From NCBI GenBank assembly GCA_022652655.1, contig JALCRQ010000003.1, positions 27,668-91,667 on the forward strand: a stretch of DNA of 64,000 nt. The letters run 5' to 3'. This DNA is from Oscillibacter sp. (GTDB taxonomy: Bacteria > Bacillota > Clostridia > Oscillospirales > Oscillospiraceae). The stretch's first letter is position 1. The number at the start of each line of letters is the position of its first letter. Below, piece by piece: positions 26,339-33,640 of this stretch. Position numbers and translations under genes: made by a program. Under the pieces are notes generated by a model. It saw only the letters and a program-made list of their open reading frames with translations. It searched no databases and was not told where the DNA came from.

Positions 26339-26342
26339 AGCG

Positions 26343-26453
26343 TTACACCAGTCCCAGAATGGCGGTAATGGCCAGGCCGGCCAGAATCATGCCGCAGGCA
26401 GTCAGGAGCTCGCTGGCTGCGCCGCGGAACAGAGTAAGGATACGATGCTGCAT
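26343..26453 (-). CDS. 36-aa single-TM mini-protein inside the trk operon (not in the ORF track)
   Basis: ATG 26453 lies 9 nt after AAAGGAGGA. Translation: MQHRILTLFRGAASELLTACGMILAGLAITAILGLV*. It fills the gap between trkA and trkH. Confidence 0.5.
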   Translation of the reverse strand: MQHRILTLFRGAASELLTACGMILAGLAITAILGLV

Positions 26454-26468
26454 GGTAAATTTCCTCCT

Positions 26469-27137
26469 TTATTCCCGCGTGAACGCGTCGCAGACCTCGG
26501 CCAACTGTTCCGCGCCGCCCATGGCCACCACATAGTCGCCGGGTTCCAGCGTGGTTTCGCCGTTGGGGATAATAGCCTCCGACCCGCGGAGCACCGAGAC
26601 GATGATGAGCCCCTGGGGGAGCCCCAGCTCCGCCAGACGTCTGCCGCGCAGGGGCGAGCCGGCGCTCACCAGCGCCTCCCGGATGCGCACGCCGCCGGTG
26701 CGGGCCTTAAAGAGGAGGTTGACCTCGCTCCAGTCCAGCTCCTGGTTGATGATTCCCGCGATGCGGTCGGTGCTGCTGACCACGCTGTCCACGCCCAGCT
26801 TTTCAAAGACCCGGATGTTCTTGGGGTTGTTGACCCGGGCGATGGTCATCTTCACGCCGAAGCAGCTTTTGGCCAGCTGGCAGGCGGCCAGATTATTCTG
26901 ATCCCGGCCGGTGACGGCGATGAGTGTTTCGGCGCGGAGAATGCCCGCCTCCTCGAGGATGTGCATGACCGTGCCGTCGCCGCAGGTAAATTCTATGTAT
27001 TTGGAGTTGAGCTCCCGGACGATCCGCTGGCAGCGGACGGGGTCGGATTCCACCACCATGATGGAGTGGTGCTCGGCCGCCAGGGTTTTGGCCAGGTAGT
27101 AGCCCACCTTGCCGCCGCCGATAATCATGATTCTCAT
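26469..27137 (-). CDS. trkA: TrkA/KtrA regulatory subunit (RCK_N + RCK_C)
   Basis: MRIMIIGGGKVGYYLA Rossmann motif with a C-terminal RCK_C region (GRRLAELGLPQGLIIVSVLRG). ATGA overlap with the upstream RCK_N gene. Confidence 0.9.
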   Translation of the reverse strand: MRIMIIGGGKVGYYLAKTLAAEHHSIMVVESDPVRCQRIVRELNSKYIEFTCGDGTVMHILEEAGILRAETLIAVTGRDQNNLAACQLAKSCFGVKMTIARVNNPKNIRVFEKLGVDSVVSSTDRIAGIINQELDWSEVNLLFKARTGGVRIREALVSAGSPLRGRRLAELGLPQGLIIVSVLRGSEAIIPNGETTLEPGDYVVAMGGAEQLAEVCDAFTRE

Positions 27138-27547
27138 GCTTTTTTTCCTCCCGGAATAAGCTTTGCAAAGACGCTGTCCGCCACCAGGTCGGTGGGGCAC
27201 ACAAAGTCGATGCCGAAGGAGTCGAATACCTGCTTCCGCCGGGAGTCGTACGCCCGGGTAATCACCTGGGGCACCCGGTAGAGCTGGCGGGCGATCTGCG
27301 CCGCCATCAGGTTGGTGTTGTCGTCCGGCGTCACCGCGATTACCGCGTCCGCCTGCTCGATTCCCGCCTGACGCAGCACATCCTCGTCGATGGGCAGGCC
27401 GGTGACGGCGGCACAGTTGCAGCCGCTGCCCAGCCGCTCCAGGTTTTCGTCGCTGGGATCGATCACCGCCACGTTGTGCCCCTCCATGGAAAGGCGCGCA
27501 GCCAGCGCCGAACCCACCCGGCCGCAGCCGGCAATAATGATGTACAT
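27134..27547 (-). CDS. trkA: TrkA-N (RCK_N only) NAD-binding subunit
   Basis: MYIIIAGCGRVGSALAARL Rossmann motif. At 137 aa it has no RCK_C domain. Confidence 0.85.
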   Translation of the reverse strand: MYIIIAGCGRVGSALAARLSMEGHNVAVIDPSDENLERLGSGCNCAAVTGLPIDEDVLRQAGIEQADAVIAVTPDDNTNLMAAQIARQLYRVPQVITRAYDSRRKQVFDSFGIDFVCPTDLVADSVFAKLIPGGKKA

Positions 27548-27551
27548 GTGC

Positions 27552-27872
27552 TCACCACTCCTTCACTGTCGCTTTTTGGCACTCGGATTCCTGATAGACC
27601 GGCTCCGCGGTCCGGTACAGACTGCCGAAGCAGTCCAGATTGCAGAGGGCCGGACGGTATGTCGGATTCAGCGCGCAGGCGGCGCGGAAATGGCACATGG
27701 CGTCAGGATGGCGGCCCTCCTGCTCCAGCAGCAGCCCCATCAGGTTGTGCGGCTCCGCGGCGTGGGGGTGTTCAAACATGGCAGTGGCCACGACGGCCTC
27801 GCACTCCGCATACCGCCGCTGTTCGATCAGATTTCGGACATCGGCAATCGTATTTGTAAATTCACTTTCCAT
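27552..27872 (-). CDS. small TPR-like repeat protein, first gene of the K+ operon
   Basis: 106 aa with helical-repeat signatures (HNLMGLLLEQEGRHPDAMCHFRAACALNPTY). RBS AAAGGAGG. Confidence 0.5.
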   Translation of the reverse strand: MESEFTNTIADVRNLIEQRRYAECEAVVATAMFEHPHAAEPHNLMGLLLEQEGRHPDAMCHFRAACALNPTYRPALCNLDCFGSLYRTAEPVYQESECQKATVKEW

Positions 27873-28018
27873 GAGACGGCCTCCTTTGGCTTCTTACGGG
27901 GGCTATCTTAACGGAGCTGATGTAAAAGTGCCGTTGGAATTTCAACCGCAATATTAATGTCGCGTTAAAGTCCGCTGCCCGCCGCGGCCATTCCGGGGCG
28001 CCGCAGCGCGCGGGGACG

Positions 28019-28043
28019 CAAAAAAGGCACGGCCGGAGCCGTG
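28019..28043 (-). terminator. second (tandem) terminator downstream of tRNA-Ala
   Basis: Minus strand: GCACGGC-TCCG-GCCGTGC followed by CTTTTTTG. Confidence 0.55.
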
Positions 28044-28083
28044 CGCTGAAGGCCGCTGCACCCGCTGCGTACGCGGCCGCAGA

Positions 28084-28120
28084 CAAAAAGAAACCCGACA
28101 GAATTTCTTCTGTCGGGTTT
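28084..28120 (-). terminator. intrinsic terminator directly after tRNA-Ala
   Basis: Minus strand: AAACCCGACA-loop-TGTCGGGTTT followed by CTTTTTG. Confidence 0.7.
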
Positions 28121-28196
28121 TGGTGGAGACAAGGAGGATCGAACTCCTGACCTCATGACTGCCAGTCATGCGCTCTCCCAGCTGAGCTATGCCCCC
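28121..28196 (-). tRNA. tRNA-Ala (anticodon GGC)
   Basis: The reverse complement folds as GGGGGCA-TA-GCTC-AGCTGGGA-GAGC-G-CATGA-CTGGCAG-TCATG-AGGTC-AGGAG-TTCGATC-CTCCT-TGTCTCC-A-CCA. The G3:U70 Ala identity pair is present. Confidence 0.9.
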
Positions 28197-28312
28197 AGGT
28201 CCGGAACGATGGTCATTGTAGCATACCGGAAGGAAGGATGTCAAGGGGTTTTCTCTTTTTCTTCGCTTTTTTTGCCCGGGCGATCCCGGACGCCGGCGAT
28301 CTCAAATCCTTC

Positions 28313-28341
28313 TTCACACCGTTGGAAAAGTGTGGTATAAT
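28313..28341 (+). promoter_or_regulatory. sigma-A-like promoter for the DtxR/MntR-family gene
   Basis: TTCACA (28313-18), a 17-nt spacer ending in TGTGG, then TATAAT (28336-41). Confidence 0.55.
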
Positions 28342-28467
28342 CATTGTGAAACAGCAGTTATATCTGCGCTTTGGCGCATCACAATCGTCTCCCGCCCTGC
28401 CCCCTGCGGGGCGGTCGGCGGGGCTGACGGCATGCCATCGTGCAATGAGCGGAAAGGAGTCTTCCCC

Positions 28468-28851
28468 TTGGTCATTCATGAATCTGCCGAAAATTACCTG
28501 GAATCCATTCTGATTCTTCAGGAACGGCTGGGGCAGGTGCGCTCCATTGACATCGTCAATGAGATGAACTGCTCCAAGCCAAGCGTCAGTATCGCCATGA
28601 AAAAGCTGCGGGAAAACGGCTACATTCAGATGGGCCCCGACGGCCATATTACGCTGAACGACAGCGGCATGAAAATTGCCGCGCGGATTTACGGCCGCCA
28701 CAAGACCATTACGCGGCTTTTCACGCTCCTGGGTGTGGCGCCGTCCATTGCGGAGGTGGACGCCTGCAAGGTGGAGCACGACCTGAATGAGGAAACGTTC
28801 CGGAGAATTGAGGAATTTGTCAAACGGGAAGACCAAAATGCCGGGAAATGA
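28468..28851 (+). CDS. DtxR/MntR-family metal-dependent transcriptional regulator
   Basis: ESAENYLESILILQERLGQVRSIDIVNEMNCSKPSVSIAMKKLRENGYI aligns by eye with the MntR N-terminus. TTG 28468 lies 8 nt after GGAAAGGAG. ATG 28432 is an alternative start. Confidence 0.8.
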   Translation: MVIHESAENYLESILILQERLGQVRSIDIVNEMNCSKPSVSIAMKKLRENGYIQMGPDGHITLNDSGMKIAARIYGRHKTITRLFTLLGVAPSIAEVDACKVEHDLNEETFRRIEEFVKREDQNAGK

Positions 28852-28915
28852 GCCGGCGGCACATTCGGAAAAAAACCCTCGGACCCGCGGCGCCTCTGCC
28901 GCGCGGCTTCGGGGA

Positions 28916-28958
28916 AGCCTCCCCATCGGATTTGATCGCCGAGGGGAGGCTGTTTTTC
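28916..28958 (+). terminator. intrinsic terminator after the DtxR-family gene
   Basis: AGCCTCCCC...GGGGAGGCT followed by GTTTTTCTG. Confidence 0.65.
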
Positions 28959-28995
28959 TGCCTCATCGCGCCCCGGCGGGGACTTTTTCCCGCCG

Positions 28996-29054
28996 TCTTA
29001 AGAAATTCTTAAGAAGCTGCCCTGTTTATTCTTAAAGATTCCGCGCCCTATAAT
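28996..29054 (+). promoter_or_regulatory. three phased TCTTAAGAA-like direct repeats plus a TATAAT -10 (putative response-regulator boxes)
   Basis: TCTTAAGAA at 28996 and 29007 (11-bp phase). TCTTAAAGA at 29030, overlapping the -35 position. TATAAT at 29049-54. Confidence 0.4.
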
Positions 29055-29076
29055 AAAACCTGCGAGGAGGAGTTTG

Positions 29077-29775
29077 ATGTACAACATTCTGATCTGCGAC
29101 GACGAACGGGATATTGTCAACGCCCTGAAGATCTATCTCACCAATCCGGAGTATGCGCTCTGGGAGGCCCATACCGGACGGGAGGCGCTGGACGTCATGG
29201 CCCGCCAGGAGATTCAGCTTGTCCTGATGGACATTATGATGCCGGAGCTGGACGGGATTTCCGCCATGGTGAAAATCCGGGAGCGGAGCAACGTGCCGGT
29301 GATTCTCCTGACAGCCAAGGGCGAGGACAGCGACAAGATCCTGGGCTTGAACGTGGGCGCCGACGATTACATCACCAAACCCTTCAATCCCGTGGAGGTG
29401 GCGGCCCGGGTCCGCTCCCAGCTCCGGCGGTACCTGCTGCTGGGCGGCGGGGCGGTGAAGCCCCAGACGCTGCGCATCGGCGGCATCGAGCTGGATGACC
29501 GGAGCAAGACCGTCTCCCTGGACGGGGAGAGCGCGGTGCTGACGCCCAAGGAGTACGAGATTCTGAAGCTGCTGATGGAGAATCCGGAGCAGGTGTTCTC
29601 CCCCAAGGAGATTTACCGGCGGGTCTGGAACGACGCCCCCTGCGGCGGCGAGAACACGGTGGCGGTGCACATCCGCCATCTGCGGGAAAAGCTGGAGATC
29701 AACCCGGCGGAACCGCGGTATTTGAAGATCGTCTGGGGGCAGGGCTATAAGATGGAGAGAGGCGGCGGGCAATGA
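29077..29775 (+). CDS. OmpR/VanR-type response regulator
   Basis: ILICDDERDI...LVLMDIMMPELDG...LLTAKGEDSDKILGLNVGADDYITKPF plus a winged helix. ATG 29077 lies 6 nt after AGGAGG. Confidence 0.9.
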   Translation: MYNILICDDERDIVNALKIYLTNPEYALWEAHTGREALDVMARQEIQLVLMDIMMPELDGISAMVKIRERSNVPVILLTAKGEDSDKILGLNVGADDYITKPFNPVEVAARVRSQLRRYLLLGGGAVKPQTLRIGGIELDDRSKTVSLDGESAVLTPKEYEILKLLMENPEQVFSPKEIYRRVWNDAPCGGENTVAVHIRHLREKLEINPAEPRYLKIVWGQGYKMERGGGQ

Positions 29776-31772
29776 AAAAGAGACTGAAGCAGATGACCGG
29801 CAGCATGGCGGCCAAGGCGGCGGCCTGGTTTTTACTGACGGTCATGGCTGTGCTGACGGCCGCCAGTGTGGCCGGCGCCATCCTGCTGTTCCGCTGCGAT
29901 TTCTATACGCAGGGCCGGGATCAGATCAAGCAGAGCGCCTTTGAGAGCATGGGAACCGGGGACGCCTTTGACCTGCTCACCGATTACCTGGACAACGGGG
30001 CGGAGGCCGCGGAGGATTTCTGCGTGGGCAAAAACTTTACGGCGGTGATTCTGCGGGAGGACGGCACCCGGCTGTGGGCCTCTCCGGCAGACGATGCGGC
30101 ACGCAGCACATGGAGTGTGAGCGTTCCCTGCGGCGAGAAGGACAACAACTCCCTGCCGGAGGCGGAGCGGCAGACCTACACCGTGGAGCTGACCATCGAC
30201 GGCCGTTTTCCGCAAACGGACGCCTATGCCCTGGCAAACCGGGCCATCAACGCCGCCTACGCCCTGCGCTACTGGGTTTATGTGATCGGCGCGGCGTCCC
30301 TGGCTCTGGGCATCGGCTGCTTTGTCTTTCTCCTGTGCGCCGCGGGGCACCGCGCCGGCCGGGAGGAGATCGCGGCCCTGCCCCCTGCGCGGATGCCGCT
30401 GGATCTGCTGGCGCTGCTGGTTTTCCTGGCGGCGGTTTGGGCGCTCTCCTTTTTCCTTGATGAGATCTGGTACGGAGGCACGGCTGCCGCGATGCTCTGG
30501 TCCTCAGCCCTGTATGTCATGGGAGTGGCCGCCGGGACGTGGTTTTGCACAAATCTGGCCGTCCGCGCCAAGCTGGGCGGCATGTGGAAAAATACCCTCG
30601 TCTACCGCGTCGCCAAGCCAGCGGGCCAGGGGCTTACGTCCGTCTTCCGGAATCTGCCGCTGCTGTGGAAGACGGTGACTTTCCTGCTTCTGCTCACGCT
30701 GGCGGAGGGGATTGTGCTGGGAGCCATCAGCTGGACCGGCGATCTGATTCCCTTCTGGCTGCTGGAAAAGCTGGCGCTGAGCGCGCTGGTGCTCTATCTG
30801 GCCCTGGCGCTGCGGAAGCTGGAAAAGGGCGCTCAGGCGCTGGCGGCGGGCGATCTTGCCTACCAGGTGGATACCCGGCGAATGTGGGGGGACTTCAGAC
30901 GTCACGGGGAGAACCTCAACAGCATCGCCGGCGGCATGACCCGGGCGGTGGAGGAGCGTCTCAAAAGTGAGCGGCTGAAAACCGAGCTCATTACCAACGT
31001 CTCCCACGACATCAAAACGCCCCTGACCTCCATCATCAATTACGCCGATCTCATCGGCAAAGAGCCCACGGACAATCCCGCCATCACGGAGTACGCCGAG
31101 GTGCTCCACCGCCAGTCCGAGCGCCTGAAAAAGCTCATCGAGGACTTGGTTGAGGCGTCCAAGGCATCCACCGGCAATGTGGAGGTGCATGCGGCTCCCT
31201 GTGAAATCGGCGTGCTGCTCACCCAGGCCGCCGGGGAGTACGAGCAGCGGCTGAAGGAGAAAAATCTGGAGCTCATCACACGGCAGCCGGACGGGCCTGT
31301 TCGGATTTCGGCGGACGGGCGGCACCTGTGGCGCGTTTTTGACAATCTGATGAACAATATCTGCAAATACGCCCTGGGCGGCACCCGTGTGTATTTCAGC
31401 GCGGAGGAGGAGAACGGGGAGGCGCTGATCGCCTTTAAAAATATCTCCCGCTATCCCCTGGATCTCTCCGCGGATGAACTTCGGGAGCGCTTTGTCCGGG
31501 GCGACCGGTCCCGAAATACCGAGGGCAGCGGCCTGGGGCTCTCCATTGCACAGAGCCTGACGGAGCTGCAGGGGGGAAAGCTGGAGCTCAGCGTGGACGG
31601 CGATCTCTTTAAGGCGGTGCTGCGTTTTCCGCTGCTGGAGGAGGGAGGAGCCGCCCGGACGGCGCCGTCCGCCCAGCCCCGGCCCGAGACCTTGCCCCGG
31701 GAAAAATCCCCTGTCCGGTGGGGGAAACTGCCCGCCCTGAAAAAGGGAAGAAAATTTTTCAGAAAGCCTTGA
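29772..31772 (+). CDS. sensor histidine kinase with a large multi-TM sensor region
   Basis: About 6 TM segments and an extracytoplasmic loop of roughly 140 aa. H-box NVSHDIKTPLTSIINYADL. HATPase region (NLMNNICKYA...GSGLGLSIAQ). ATGA overlap with the response regulator. Confidence 0.9.
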   Translation: MKKRLKQMTGSMAAKAAAWFLLTVMAVLTAASVAGAILLFRCDFYTQGRDQIKQSAFESMGTGDAFDLLTDYLDNGAEAAEDFCVGKNFTAVILREDGTRLWASPADDAARSTWSVSVPCGEKDNNSLPEAERQTYTVELTIDGRFPQTDAYALANRAINAAYALRYWVYVIGAASLALGIGCFVFLLCAAGHRAGREEIAALPPARMPLDLLALLVFLAAVWALSFFLDEIWYGGTAAAMLWSSALYVMGVAAGTWFCTNLAVRAKLGGMWKNTLVYRVAKPAGQGLTSVFRNLPLLWKTVTFLLLLTLAEGIVLGAISWTGDLIPFWLLEKLALSALVLYLALALRKLEKGAQALAAGDLAYQVDTRRMWGDFRRHGENLNSIAGGMTRAVEERLKSERLKTELITNVSHDIKTPLTSIINYADLIGKEPTDNPAITEYAEVLHRQSERLKKLIEDLVEASKASTGNVEVHAAPCEIGVLLTQAAGEYEQRLKEKNLELITRQPDGPVRISADGRHLWRVFDNLMNNICKYALGGTRVYFSAEEENGEALIAFKNISRYPLDLSADELRERFVRGDRSRNTEGSGLGLSIAQSLTELQGGKLELSVDGDLFKAVLRFPLLEEGGAARTAPSAQPRPETLPREKSPVRWGKLPALKKGRKFFRKP

Positions 31773-31797
31773 CAGGTGGCTGAAAGCTGACTATACT
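31769..31797 (+). promoter_or_regulatory. consensus-like sigma-A promoter for the dlt-like operon
   Basis: TTGACA (31769-74, overlapping the HK stop codon), a 17-nt spacer, then TATACT (31792-97). Confidence 0.6.
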
Positions 31798-31865
31798 GCA
31801 TTGTGTTAATACAACAGTATATTAATACACTGATACAAAGGAAAACCGACACAAAGGAGCGCCCT

Positions 31866-33395
31866 ATGAAAAATATTCTCCAGGGGATTGAGCGGACGGT
31901 TCTTCGCTTTCCGGACCGCGCCGCCGTGGCGGACGGAGAGACGGAGCTCAGCTATCTGGAACTGCTGATCCTGGCAAAGAGGATCGGCTCGCACCTGGCC
32001 GGGACCTGCGGTCGGGGACGGCCGGCGGCGATTTATCTGGACAAGACGCCGGCGTGCGCCGCCGCCATGCTGGGTACGGCGTACAGCGGGAACTTTTACA
32101 CCGTGCTGGATACCGGGATGCCTCTCGAGCGGATCGGGCGGATATTCGAGACGCTGCGGCCTGCCGCCGTCCTGACGGATCGGGCGCACCTGGAGCGCGC
32201 CCGGGCGTTTTGTCCGGAGGAAAAGCTGGTGATGCTGGAGGACGCGGGGCGTACGCCCGTCTGCCAGCCGCTGCTGGATGAGATCCGCGCCGGAATGACG
32301 GCGGAGGATCCCCTGTACGTGCTCTATACCTCCGGTTCCACCGGGCGGCCCAAGGGCGTGGTGGTGAGCCACCGGGCGGCGCTGGCCTATACCCGCTGGG
32401 CCGCTGACACGTTTGGCGTGGACGAGACCACCGTGTTCGGCAGCCAGACGCCGTTTTATTTCAGCATGTCGGTCACCGATCTCTATACCGCGCTGCAGAC
32501 GGGAGCCCGGCTGCAGATCATTCCTCCGGCGCTGTTCTCGTTTCCGCTGCCGCTGATCGAGTATCTCAACCGCTGGCGGGTCAACACCCTCTACTGGGTG
32601 CCCTCCGCTCTGGGCGTCATGGCCTCGTGGGATGCGTTTTCCTACGAAAAGCCCCGGTTTGTCCGGAAGGTCCTTTTCGCGGGGGAGCGGATGCCGGCCA
32701 AAACGCTGGCCTACTGGCGGCGGTTTGTGCCGGACGCGCTGTACGCGGATCTGTTCGGCCCTACGGAGACCACGGATATCTGTACCTATTACATCGTGGA
32801 CCGGACGTTCGCGGATGACGAGGATCTCCCCATCGGCAGGCCCTGCGACAACTGCCGGGCGCTTATCCTGGACGAGGAGGGAAACGAGGCCGACCGGGGC
32901 GAGCTGTACATCGGCGGGCCGTTTCTCGCCAGCGGCTACTATAACGACCCGGAGAAAACCGCCGCGGCCTTTGTCCGCAATCCGCTGAATTCCGCGTGGC
33001 CGGAGCCGCTTTACCGCACCGGCGATCTGGTGGCCCGGGGGGAGAACGGGGAGCTTGTCTATCTGGGGCGGAAGGATCATCAGATCAAGCACCTGGGCTA
33101 CCGCATCGAGCTGGGTGAGATTGAGGCAGCCGCCGGCGGGGCGGAGGGCGTGGACGTCTGCGCCTGCGTGTACGATGAGACGGCGGACGCCCTGACCCTC
33201 TTTTATCAGGGCCGGGCGTCGGCGGAGAGCCTGACGGCCCGCCTGCGGGAGCGGCTCCCCGCCTACATGCTGCCGGCCCGCGCCGTCCGGCTGAGCTCCA
33301 TGCCCCACAACGCCAGCGGAAAGATCGACCGGCGTGAGCTGGAGACCCGGGCCGCCGTGCTGCTGGGAAAACAAAAAGAGGGGGTGGCCTGCTGA
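31866..33395 (+). CDS. dltA: carrier-protein ligase, DltA-like adenylation enzyme
   Basis: ANL-superfamily cores LYTSGSTGRPKGV, YRTGD, GRKDHQIKHLGYRIELGEIE and SGKIDR. About 509 aa, like DltA. ATG 31866 follows AAAGGAG. Confidence 0.75.
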   Translation: MKNILQGIERTVLRFPDRAAVADGETELSYLELLILAKRIGSHLAGTCGRGRPAAIYLDKTPACAAAMLGTAYSGNFYTVLDTGMPLERIGRIFETLRPAAVLTDRAHLERARAFCPEEKLVMLEDAGRTPVCQPLLDEIRAGMTAEDPLYVLYTSGSTGRPKGVVVSHRAALAYTRWAADTFGVDETTVFGSQTPFYFSMSVTDLYTALQTGARLQIIPPALFSFPLPLIEYLNRWRVNTLYWVPSALGVMASWDAFSYEKPRFVRKVLFAGERMPAKTLAYWRRFVPDALYADLFGPTETTDICTYYIVDRTFADDEDLPIGRPCDNCRALILDEEGNEADRGELYIGGPFLASGYYNDPEKTAAAFVRNPLNSAWPEPLYRTGDLVARGENGELVYLGRKDHQIKHLGYRIELGEIEAAAGGAEGVDVCACVYDETADALTLFYQGRASAESLTARLRERLPAYMLPARAVRLSSMPHNASGKIDRRELETRAAVLLGKQKEGVAC

Positions 33396-33634
33396 TGGAA
33401 CATCTGGAGGAAGTGATCCGGGTTTTGGAGGAAGTCAAGCCCGGGGTGGATTACCGCAGGGAGGACAACCTGTTTGCGGGACACATCCTGGCGTCGCTGG
33501 AGATTATGATGCTGGTTTCCGAGCTGAACGACGAGTTCGGGATCACCGTCACGCTGCCGTATATCAAGCCGGAGAATTTCCGCTCCGCGCAGACGATCTG
33601 CGATATGGTGGAGACAATCCTGAAAGAGGAGTAA
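33395..33634 (+). CDS. dltC: D-alanyl-carrier-protein-like small carrier protein
   Basis: 79 aa, the same length as DltC. ILASLEIMMLVSELNDEFGITV aligns with DltC LLDSFGTVELLLAIENRFDI. The Ser is conserved but the preceding Asp is replaced by Ala. The start overlaps the dltA stop (TGATG). Confidence 0.7.
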   Translation: MEHLEEVIRVLEEVKPGVDYRREDNLFAGHILASLEIMMLVSELNDEFGITVTLPYIKPENFRSAQTICDMVETILKEE

Positions 33635-33640
33635 CCGGTT

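Noticed and set aside
27873-28020. A c-di-AMP (ydaO-type) riboswitch upstream of the trk/kdp operon. I looked for it because such genes are typical targets.
   Set aside because: Only short resemblances are present (CAGCU...CGUAAG). The paired 5' CGCUUAAUC / 3' UAAGCG helix and the two GGGG..ACCC-type elements are absent. A cmsearch with RF00379 would settle it.
28213-28926. 237-aa ORF on the minus strand over the DtxR-family gene.
   Set aside because: It is antisense to a gene with a clear winged-helix/DtxR N-terminus. It also runs into the tRNA-Ala flank.
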